Made by a program: the position numbers and the translations under genes
DNA from: a virus
Taxonomy: Duplodnaviria > Caudoviricetes
Direction: 5' to 3' (one strand)
Virus record (IMG/VR): IMGVR_UViG_3300030330_004956
Span: 32,001 to 96,000 of that record
Length of the DNA stretch: 64,000 nt
Notes under the pieces: generated by a model
The model's database searches: none
What the model was told of the DNA's origin: nothing
Seen by the model: the letters and a program-made list of their open reading frames with translations, nothing else
Shown: positions 57,068 to 64,000 of the stretch, in pieces
Layout of the letters: each line of letters starts with the position of its first letter
Numbering within the stretch: position 1 is the first letter of the stretch

Positions 57068-58249
57068 ATGATTTTTCAAGCACTTGATGATAAATCTGAG
57101 TGTGTTGGTATATACTGCGATGGCAACTTGTCGTTTGATGAAATACCCAGTAATTTGACTAAAACATGGAATTATTCTAATTTTTTATCAGAATACGACA
57201 TTGAATATGCTAGTATATATTGCCATGGCAAAAGTTTGGAAGAAGTTTGTCCTTCCCACCTTGTTGACAGGTGGGAATTTATATCTAACAGACTCAGAGC
57301 TTTTGTGAGGGCTAATCAAATAGCAAAAGTTAGTCTAGACGACAACTGCTTTTTTGACGTCACACCCGCACGATTCATGAAAGAATTTTGCCAAATGAAG
57401 AATGAAATCTGTGAATGGGTTTTTTCTAAGTACGATCGCCCTGACAATTACGATCATTTGGTAAATGTACAGAAAGTTCTGTCTGAAATGAAATATCAAA
57501 AGTTAAATATTGATGTGAAGCCACTTCGTGCGTACTGGACGGACAGGAGAGCCAAAATTTTGTATAAAAAATATGAAAGCAGAGCCGCATACTGCGATTA
57601 CAACTTATTTGGCTCAGTGACAGGGCGCCTTTCTACAAATAAAAACTCTTTCCCTCTTCTTAATCTTAAGAAAGAGTATAGAGAAATAATCAAACCAAAT
57701 AATGACTTTTTCATAGAATTAGATTACAACGCAGCAGAGGCAAGAGTTGTGCTTTCCTTGTTGGGACTTGAGCAGCCTGATATGGATATTCACGAGTATC
57801 ACGCAAAAAGCCTTTACAGGTGCTCTAGAGACGATGCCAAGAAGAGGTTTTTTGCATGGCTGTACAATCCTAATTCTGAAGATAAAATCTCTAGTGGGCA
57901 ATATGATAGAGATTTGTTGTTGAGCAGATACAGATGTAACGATTCGATTGAAACAATATTCAAAAGAAAAATTAAATGTGACGATTTTCATGCTTTTAAC
58001 TACCTTATTCAAAGTACATGCGCTGATATGGTTCTTGACAGACTAGTGGCTATACACAACATTCTTAAGGGCAAAAAGAGTTGTGTTGCATTCACTTTGC
58101 ATGATAGCGTAATCTTAGATTTTTCTTCAGATGATAAAGAACTAATAAAATTAATTGTAGAAGAATATAAAAATACAGAATTAGGTAATTTTAAAACTAC
58201 AGTTTCAGCAGGTAAAGATTTATATAATCTAAAATTAATTAATATATAA
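57068..58249 (+). CDS. Minimal family-A DNA polymerase-like protein (no recognisable exonuclease domain)
   Basis: TGRLS; motif A ELDYNAAEARV; motif B RDDAKKRFFAWLY; NYLIQSTCAD; motif C LHDS. Confidence 0.75.
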   Translation: MIFQALDDKSECVGIYCDGNLSFDEIPSNLTKTWNYSNFLSEYDIEYASIYCHGKSLEEVCPSHLVDRWEFISNRLRAFVRANQIAKVSLDDNCFFDVTPARFMKEFCQMKNEICEWVFSKYDRPDNYDHLVNVQKVLSEMKYQKLNIDVKPLRAYWTDRRAKILYKKYESRAAYCDYNLFGSVTGRLSTNKNSFPLLNLKKEYREIIKPNNDFFIELDYNAAEARVVLSLLGLEQPDMDIHEYHAKSLYRCSRDDAKKRFFAWLYNPNSEDKISSGQYDRDLLLSRYRCNDSIETIFKRKIKCDDFHAFNYLIQSTCADMVLDRLVAIHNILKGKKSCVAFTLHDSVILDFSSDDKELIKLIVEEYKNTELGNFKTTVSAGKDLYNLKLINI

Positions 58250-58259
58250 GAGGTATAAG

Positions 58260-59111
58260 ATGAATATTATAGGTTTAGGAAAAGCGGGGTGTAATATTGC
58301 AGAACTATTCAAGCAGTATCCTCAATATACTGTCTTCAAGATCGATTCAGATGAAAAGCTGAAAAGAAAAAAGAACTGTATGTACATTCCAAAACAATCC
58401 TCAGTGGAATTATATGACGCCAACCCAGTCGATCTTAAGAGACTATTAAAGAATTTAGACGAAGACGAAGAATGTTTTCTGATAGTGTGTGGATCTGGAA
58501 AAATCTCTGGTTGTGCATTGTGGACTTTGAGGCAACTAAAAGAAGCTGGACAAGATATAAGAATAATTTACATAAAGCCAGAATTAAGCACCCTAGACAA
58601 CATAGCTAAATTGAGAAATAGAGCACATTTCCACATTCTCCAAGAATACACCAGATCTGGTGTTTTTAGTAAAATTTTCTTAATTGATAATGCCAAGATG
58701 CCAGAAATTGTCGGAAAAGCACCCGTAATTAACTATTATAGCAAGACAAACGAGTTTATCGTATCAACCATACATTGGTACAACATATACAGAAACACAG
58801 ATCCTGTATTTGATACCTTTCGTGATGAATATGTAAGTTCTAGAATCTGTGCATTTTCTTATATCGACATAGAGGAACAAAAAGAGACAAAAACTTTTTC
58901 TATAGAAAATTGTAACCAAATTAAATATTTTTATGGCATCAATCGTATAACAATAGAAGATGACGAAACTTTGCTTGATAGACTAACAGCCATCAGCTTA
59001 GGAGAAGGGAACTCTCCAGCATCTATTTCTCATGGAATATATTCTACAGATTTAGAGACTGGATATTCGTTTGCAGTGCATTCATCATCAGATATTCAAG
59101 AACAGGAATAA
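58260..59111 (+). CDS. Tubulin/FtsZ-like (PhuZ/TubZ-like) protein
   Basis: N-terminal IIGLGKAGCNIA loop; degenerate signature GSGKISG; 'IFLIDN'. Confidence 0.65.
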   Translation: MNIIGLGKAGCNIAELFKQYPQYTVFKIDSDEKLKRKKNCMYIPKQSSVELYDANPVDLKRLLKNLDEDEECFLIVCGSGKISGCALWTLRQLKEAGQDIRIIYIKPELSTLDNIAKLRNRAHFHILQEYTRSGVFSKIFLIDNAKMPEIVGKAPVINYYSKTNEFIVSTIHWYNIYRNTDPVFDTFRDEYVSSRICAFSYIDIEEQKETKTFSIENCNQIKYFYGINRITIEDDETLLDRLTAISLGEGNSPASISHGIYSTDLETGYSFAVHSSSDIQEQE

Positions 59112-59112
59112 A

Positions 59113-59634
59113 ATGTCAAAATTCAAAACAGTTTTATTAGATCCGCCATGGAACGAACGTGGCGGTGGCAAGATAAAGAGAGGCGCCGACAAGCACTATG
59201 AATTGCTTAAAACGCCTGATATCATTAGAGTCATTCTTCAATCAGAATGCTGGAATGAATTAGAAGACAACGCGCACATGTACTTGTGGGCTACTAACAA
59301 CCACCTAGAAGATGCTTTGTATGTGATGAAGTCATTAGGATTTCGATATGTAACAAACATTGTGTGGGTAAAAGACAGAATTGGGCTTGGGCAATATGCT
59401 AGAGGCAAGCATGAACTTTTATTGTTTGGCACCAGAGGCACTAAGCATACCACAGTTAAAAAAGAAAACAACACTTTAGCTTCTGTTATCGAAGCAAAGC
59501 GTGATAAGCATTCTAAGAAGCCAGAAGCTTCATTTGAATGGATTGAAAATAGATCTCACGGGCCGTACCTAGAAATGTTCTCCAGAGACGAAAGAGAAGG
59601 ATGGACAGTTTGGGGAAAAGAAGTGAATAAATAA
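59113..59634 (+). CDS. MT-A70 family N6-adenine methyltransferase
   Basis: DPPW, LWATN, GFRY...VWVK, HELLLFG, HSKKPE, LEMFSR, GW.VWG. Confidence 0.88.
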   Translation: MSKFKTVLLDPPWNERGGGKIKRGADKHYELLKTPDIIRVILQSECWNELEDNAHMYLWATNNHLEDALYVMKSLGFRYVTNIVWVKDRIGLGQYARGKHELLLFGTRGTKHTTVKKENNTLASVIEAKRDKHSKKPEASFEWIENRSHGPYLEMFSRDEREGWTVWGKEVNK

Positions 59635-59649
59635 GCGTCGTCAGACGTA
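59624..59649 (+). promoter_or_regulatory. ECF-like promoter TGAATA-N16-CGTA
   Basis: Upstream of 59680. Confidence 0.7.
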
Positions 59650-59679
59650 TTAATAATAACCATAAAAAAGGAGTAAACA

Positions 59680-59952
59680 ATGGGGAATATTAAATATTAT
59701 CGTGGAACTTTCACGAAAGCAAATGGTGAACTTCGGACTATGTTTTTTGTCCGAGCAGGCGATCTGCCTGATACGTTTATCACAACCAACACAAAGGGTA
59801 CTGGGCGTACTCGCAATCTCAAGGAAGGTTTGGAGACTGTTTGGGATCTTCAAAGTAAGTCTTGGCGTACTTTCAACTGGCGAACTTCTAATCCAGAGGA
59901 AACCACTATTTTTGAAGCAGACGAAAATATTCTGAATAATTTTGGAAACTGA
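59680..59952 (+). CDS. WYL_2/DUF2693-like SH3-barrel protein
   Basis: 'FTKANGELRTM...VWDL....WRTF'. Confidence 0.6.
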   Translation: MGNIKYYRGTFTKANGELRTMFFVRAGDLPDTFITTNTKGTGRTRNLKEGLETVWDLQSKSWRTFNWRTSNPEETTIFEADENILNNFGN

Positions 59953-59958
59953 GACGTA
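59933..59958 (+). promoter_or_regulatory. ECF-like promoter TGAATA-N16-CGTA
   Basis: Upstream of the ssb leader. Confidence 0.7.
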
Positions 59959-60031
59959 CTATGGATAGCGGCAAAGCAGATCAGCTTTGTTGACTATAGA
60001 CAACAGTCAAATAACAATAAGGAGAAATATT

Positions 60032-60790
60032 ATGGCTATTGATTTTGCAAAAATGAAAGCGAAACTTGATGCACTTCAAGGTAACGGCTCTTCCAAGAGT
60101 AATATCTTTTGGAAACCGCAGGACGGTGATCAAACTGTTCGAATTGTTCCAACAGCGGATGGAGATCCGTTTAAGGAAATGTGGTTCCACTACAATGTAG
60201 GTAAGAACCCCGGCTTCCTTTGCCCCAAGAAGAATCACGGAGACGATTGCGCTGTGTGTAACTTTGCGTGGCATATCATGAAGGAGGCAAAGCAAAATGA
60301 TGATGCAGAAACTTTGAAACTTTCAAAGTCACTGCTTCCGAAGCAACGCTTCTTCTCGCCAGTGGTAGTACGCGGCGAAGAGGAATCTGGCACCCGACTT
60401 TGGGGATATGGAAAGATGGCGTATCAGGAACTTATTCAATTGGTTCTTAATCCAGACTATGGCGATATCACTGATGTTGATGGCGGTACTGATCTTGTTA
60501 TCAACTATGGTAAGCCTCCCGGCGCCTCTTTCCCAGTGACGAAGATTCATCCTCGTCGCCGCCCATCTGCCCTTGCAGAGTCTAAGGAAGATGTTCAGAA
60601 TTTCTTGGATGGCATTCCATCTTTCAAGGAAAACTTCAATGTCAAGTCTAGCACTGAGATTGAGGAAATGCTTTCCAACTTCCTTTCGGGAGAATCTACC
60701 GACGATTCCGGAGGATCAGAGACTACGAAGTATCAAAACAACGAAACCTCTGATGTAGATGAAGCATTCAAAGAGTTGCTAGGAAATTAG
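60032..60790 (+). CDS. Single-stranded DNA-binding protein (gp32-like)
   Basis: FWKP, VRIVP, Zn ligands H..C...C..C, 'DYGDITD', acidic C-terminus; SD aaggag. Confidence 0.8.
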   Translation: MAIDFAKMKAKLDALQGNGSSKSNIFWKPQDGDQTVRIVPTADGDPFKEMWFHYNVGKNPGFLCPKKNHGDDCAVCNFAWHIMKEAKQNDDAETLKLSKSLLPKQRFFSPVVVRGEEESGTRLWGYGKMAYQELIQLVLNPDYGDITDVDGGTDLVINYGKPPGASFPVTKIHPRRRPSALAESKEDVQNFLDGIPSFKENFNVKSSTEIEEMLSNFLSGESTDDSGGSETTKYQNNETSDVDEAFKELLGN

Positions 60791-60857
60791 ACATAATGTT
60801 CTAAACCGCAGGTAGGCATGGGTTACAGATGCCTTATTTTTCAAACAAAGGTGACAA

Positions 60858-61994
60858 ATGGCTAGAAAATTAAAGAAAGTACAAAGCAAAGGTAAGTTGA
60901 GCCGCAAAGATAAGCTTAAAATGATCAACAAATTGGCAGGTAATGACGTAGCTCATGATCTGACACAAGAAAACCCAACAGATGTATATGATTGGATTCC
61001 CACTTCTTCCACATGGCTTGACTCTATTGTGTGTCGAGGTAAGTTGGCTGGAATCCCTGTTGGTAGAATTACAGAATTGGCAGGACTGAGTGGCACAGGA
61101 AAGTCTTATATGGCTGCTCAGATTTCTGGAAACGCCCAACGAAAGGGCTATAACGTTTATTATTTCGATTCAGAATCGGCAATTAGTTCTGATTTTTTGG
61201 AAAAGTGTGGGTGTATCATTGAGGATCCCGGTGCAGACGATGGAGATTTTGTCTATATTCAGGCTCAAAATGTTGAGTTTGTTCTGGAGACAATTGAAGC
61301 TATTTTAGCATCTGGAGAGGAAAACAATCTCTTCGTTTGGGACTCTTTGGCACTAACACCAGCAATTGCTGATTTGGAATCGGATTTTAATCCTCAAAGT
61401 ACAATGGCTGTAAAGCCACGTATTTTGTCGAAGGGATTGGCTAAACTTCTCCAGCCAATCTCAAATTCCAACTCCGCTCTACTGGTACTAAATCAGTTGA
61501 AGGATAACATCACGAGATCCCCCGCCGAAGCGATGACGACTCCCTATTTCACTCCCGGTGGTAAAGCGCTAATATATTCATATTCCCTCCGAATTTGGCT
61601 AACTGGGAGAAAAGCCAAAGCCTCTTTCGTCTATGACGATAAGGGCTATAGAGTCGGTTCAGAAGTAAAATGCAAATTAGAAAAATCACGCTTCGGAACA
61701 CACGGCAGGACATGCAACTTCAAAATCTTGTGGGGCGACGAGGTAGGTATTCAAGACGAGGAATCTTGGTTTGATGCTATCTCACCTTCTGATTGTATCA
61801 GTAGTAGCGGAGCTTGGTTCACTCTTGCGCGAAATGGCTATGAAAAGCGGTTTCAGAAGTCTAAATTTGCACAAATGGCAAGAGAAGATCAGGAATTTAG
61901 AAAACAAGTTTTAGAAATTATTGATGAAGAAGTCATCATGAAGTTTGATAAAAGATTGGGTGAGGCATCCCAATATTATGATGAAGAGTCATAG
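60858..61994 (+). CDS. recA: RecA/UvsX recombinase
   Basis: GIPVGRITELAGLSGTGKS, FDSE, WDS, LNQL, TPGGKAL. Confidence 0.9.
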   Translation: MARKLKKVQSKGKLSRKDKLKMINKLAGNDVAHDLTQENPTDVYDWIPTSSTWLDSIVCRGKLAGIPVGRITELAGLSGTGKSYMAAQISGNAQRKGYNVYYFDSESAISSDFLEKCGCIIEDPGADDGDFVYIQAQNVEFVLETIEAILASGEENNLFVWDSLALTPAIADLESDFNPQSTMAVKPRILSKGLAKLLQPISNSNSALLVLNQLKDNITRSPAEAMTTPYFTPGGKALIYSYSLRIWLTGRKAKASFVYDDKGYRVGSEVKCKLEKSRFGTHGRTCNFKILWGDEVGIQDEESWFDAISPSDCISSSGAWFTLARNGYEKRFQKSKFAQMAREDQEFRKQVLEIIDEEVIMKFDKRLGEASQYYDEES

Positions 61995-62022
61995 TATAAA
62001 AGTCTCCTTTGTTTGTTTGGTT

Positions 62023-62054
62023 AACTCCCGCCATTAATTTGGCGGGAGTTTTTT
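62023..62054 (+). terminator. Rho-independent terminator after recA
   Basis: AACTCCCGCCA-TTAATT-TGGCGGGAGTT followed by TTTT. Confidence 0.88.
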
Positions 62055-62079
62055 GAATAAACAAGGTGTGTTGATCGTA
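62054..62079 (+). promoter_or_regulatory. ECF-like promoter TGAATA-N16-CGTA
   Basis: Directly after the recA terminator, upstream of the exonuclease. Confidence 0.75.
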
Positions 62080-62098
62080 TAATATTTCAGAGGGACTT

Positions 62099-63070
62099 AT
62101 GAAAAAAATATTGATTATTGATGCATTGAACATGTTTTTTCGATGCTATGCTAGGGATCCTAGTATTAATTTACAAGGGCATCCATCTGGAGGTTGCGTA
62201 GGCTTTTTAAAGAGCTTACAAAAGTCTATTCGTCTTACAAAGCCAGATGATGTTGTGATAGTTTGGGACGGCGGTGGAGGCTCACGAAAGCGCCGCCTCA
62301 TAAACAAAGACTACAAATCAGGAAGAAAGGTGGTTCATTTACCAAAAGATATGAACTACAATTTTACACACGAAGAAGAGGCATCTAACAAGGCATGGCA
62401 GCAAACTAGATTGTTTGAATATTTAGATAATTTGCCAATTTGTCAGTTTATGTATGAAGACGTCGAAGCAGATGATGTCATCGCCGCGATTACTCAATCA
62501 AAAGTTCTCAAAGATTGGCATAAGGTGATCTTATCAAATGATAAAGACTTCATGCAATTGTGTGACGATAAGACGATTTTGTGCCGCCCTGCGAAGAAGC
62601 CATGGGAAATATTAAACACAAATAGGATTGTAGAAGATCTAAATGTTCATCCCATCAACATGGCACTCGCCAGAGCAATTGTGGGGGATAAATCTGATAA
62701 TTTGCCGGGAGTCCCTAATGTCGGCTTCGGTAGGGTAAATAAATTTTTCCCTTTCTTAAAAGATGAGGACGAGTACAGCGTTAAGGATCTAATTAAAATA
62801 ACCGAAGAGTTGGCTACCGAAAACAACAGCAAGTTTCTTACATCAATTCTAGAACACGAAAGTGTCATTGAAGAGAACTACAGGATAATGCAACTATATC
62901 AGCCATCACTTTCGTACCAAAGGAGAAATGCAGTAGAAAACTGCTTAGATGACAGAGAAAAACACTTTAATATGACTAATTTTAGACTTTTGTTAGCAGA
63001 AGATGGGTTTATGTCTTTAAGGTGGGACACGATGGAGCAATGTATGAAAAGAATTATTAATTTTGAATAA
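62099..63070 (+). CDS. 5'-3' exonuclease / flap endonuclease (T4 RNase H-like)
   Basis: IIDALN, VWDG, YKSGR, EADDVIA, SNDKDFMQL, GDKSDNLPGV. Confidence 0.9.
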   Translation: MKKILIIDALNMFFRCYARDPSINLQGHPSGGCVGFLKSLQKSIRLTKPDDVVIVWDGGGGSRKRRLINKDYKSGRKVVHLPKDMNYNFTHEEEASNKAWQQTRLFEYLDNLPICQFMYEDVEADDVIAAITQSKVLKDWHKVILSNDKDFMQLCDDKTILCRPAKKPWEILNTNRIVEDLNVHPINMALARAIVGDKSDNLPGVPNVGFGRVNKFFPFLKDEDEYSVKDLIKITEELATENNSKFLTSILEHESVIEENYRIMQLYQPSLSYQRRNAVENCLDDREKHFNMTNFRLLLAEDGFMSLRWDTMEQCMKRIINFE

Positions 63071-63089
63071 AAAAGGACAAACAAGCGTA
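63064..63089 (+). promoter_or_regulatory. ECF-like promoter TGAATA-N16-CGTA
   Basis: Upstream of the helicase. Confidence 0.7.
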
Positions 63090-63109
63090 TTACTAAAGCG
63101 GGAGGGAAT

Positions 63110-64000
63110 ATGAACATGAGAAAGTCTAATGAAGATTTCTCTAGGTTTGGCAAGCACTTTCAAGAATCAATGGTACAGTTGATGTTGGAAGATCGAGCCT
63201 ATTGCGATCAAATCACTGAAGTGCTAGACGTCAGCTTTTTTGAGTTGTCGTACCTACAAGTTTTTGTGGGCAAGTTGCTAGATTACAGAAAGAAATATAA
63301 AGTACACCCAACTTACAAAGCAATGATCACAATTTTGCGCACTGAGTTGGAATCTGAGAATGAAGCATTGCAGATGCAAGTGAAGGACTTTTTCTCTAGA
63401 ATTCATACGGCTGAAATTACCGATCGTGAGTTCATAAAAGATACCAGTCTAGATTTCTGCCGAAAACAAAAGTTGAAAGCAGCCCTTATGAAGACAATTG
63501 GGCTCATGAAGTCTTCTTCGTATGATGAAATAAGCAAGGTTATTAACGATGCCCTAACTTTGGGCATGGGCAATGAGGCAGGGTACGAATACCTTACAGA
63601 CTTCGAAGAAAGATATCAATTAAAAGCCCGCAATCCACAAACTACGGGCTGGGATGAGATTGACAGTATTACCGCCGGCGGACTTGGGCAAAGCGAGCTA
63701 GGAGTCGTTGTCGCCCCTACTGGTGCTGGTAAATCAATGGTTTTGACTTGTCTTGGGGCGAAAGCGATACAACAAGGAAAAACAGTGGTGCATTATACAT
63801 TCGAATTATGTGATAAAGTCATTGGCAGACGCTATGATTCTTGTATCACACAAATTCCATTGGGTGATTTGAACAGTTTTAAGGAACAAGTTTACGAAGA
63901 AATTAGTGAATTAACTGGTTCGCTTATAATTAAAGAATACCCCACAAAGTCTGCATCAACTCAGACTTTGAAAACCCACCTAGAGAAACTTAAGAAAAGA
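63110..64000 (+). CDS. dnaB: Replicative helicase (DnaB/gp41-like), 3'-truncated by window edge; not in the ORF track
   Basis: Hand translation gives TTGWDEIDSITAGGLGQSELGVVVAPTGAGKS, HYTFEL and LIIKEYP; SD ggagg. Confidence 0.88.
   Translation, partial: MNMRKSNEDFSRFGKHFQESMVQLMLEDRAYCDQITEVLDVSFFELSYLQVFVGKLLDYRKKYKVHPTYKAMITILRTELESENEALQMQVKDFFSRIHTAEITDREFIKDTSLDFCRKQKLKAALMKTIGLMKSSSYDEISKVINDALTLGMGNEAGYEYLTDFEERYQLKARNPQTTGWDEIDSITAGGLGQSELGVVVAPTGAGKSMVLTCLGAKAIQQGKTVVHYTFELCDKVIGRRYDSCITQIPLGDLNSFKEQVYEEISELTGSLIIKEYPTKSASTQTLKTHLEKLKKR

Noticed and set aside
11-60031. Upstream TTG/GTG/ATG starts in the ORF track (11, 2721, 16648, 17392, 23188, 23443, 31077, 35824, 41532, 59071, 59987)
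   Set aside because: Downstream ATGs with SD sites or stop-start overlaps fit better; the ORF at 11 continues beyond the window edge.
1-64000. Stop-codon reassignment as seen in some large phages
   Set aside because: Genes are full length and tightly packed under the standard code; TAA, TAG and TGA all end genes.
1-64000. tRNAs, CRISPR arrays, introns/inteins, homing endonucleases, DGR
   Set aside because: Intergenic gaps are short and explained; no repeat-spacer array or reverse transcriptase seen; terL, primase, recA and MCP appear uninterrupted. Judged by eye only.

Overview
This window is 64 kb of a large, AT-rich, tailed dsDNA phage, a myovirus distantly related to the T4 superfamily. 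It uses the standard genetic code, and essentially all genes lie on the + strand. Gene order: baseplate/virion proteins (1-11402, including a J-domain-like gene), RuvC-like resolvase, primase, a single-chain Mre11-Rad50 (SbcD-SbcC) fusion, a possible lysis trio, large terminase, portal, prohead protease, ribosomal protein bS21, a cluster of fibre-like proteins, scaffold, major capsid protein, two paralogous capsid-associated proteins, neck, sheath, tube, tail chaperone with a probable programmed frameshift, tape measure, baseplate hub, and a replication module (minimal PolA-like domain, tubulin/FtsZ-like protein, MT-A70 methyltransferase, WYL_2-like protein, gp32-like SSB, RecA, 5'-3' exonuclease, partial DnaB-like helicase). 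Non-obvious signals read from the DNA: (1) a ~105-nt three-way-junction RNA with complementary (kissing) loops and a competing hairpin, starting right after a late promoter downstream of the capsid gene and preceding two proteins with Arg-rich N-termini; (2) two promoter classes, late ACTAHTTA and an ECF-sigma-like TGAATA-N16-CGTA found 8 times with invariant spacing; (3) a +1/-2 frameshift site in the tail chaperone; (4) pervasive [ST]-[GA]-S tripeptides in virion proteins. All functional calls come from motif recognition by eye; no searches were run and the host is unknown.
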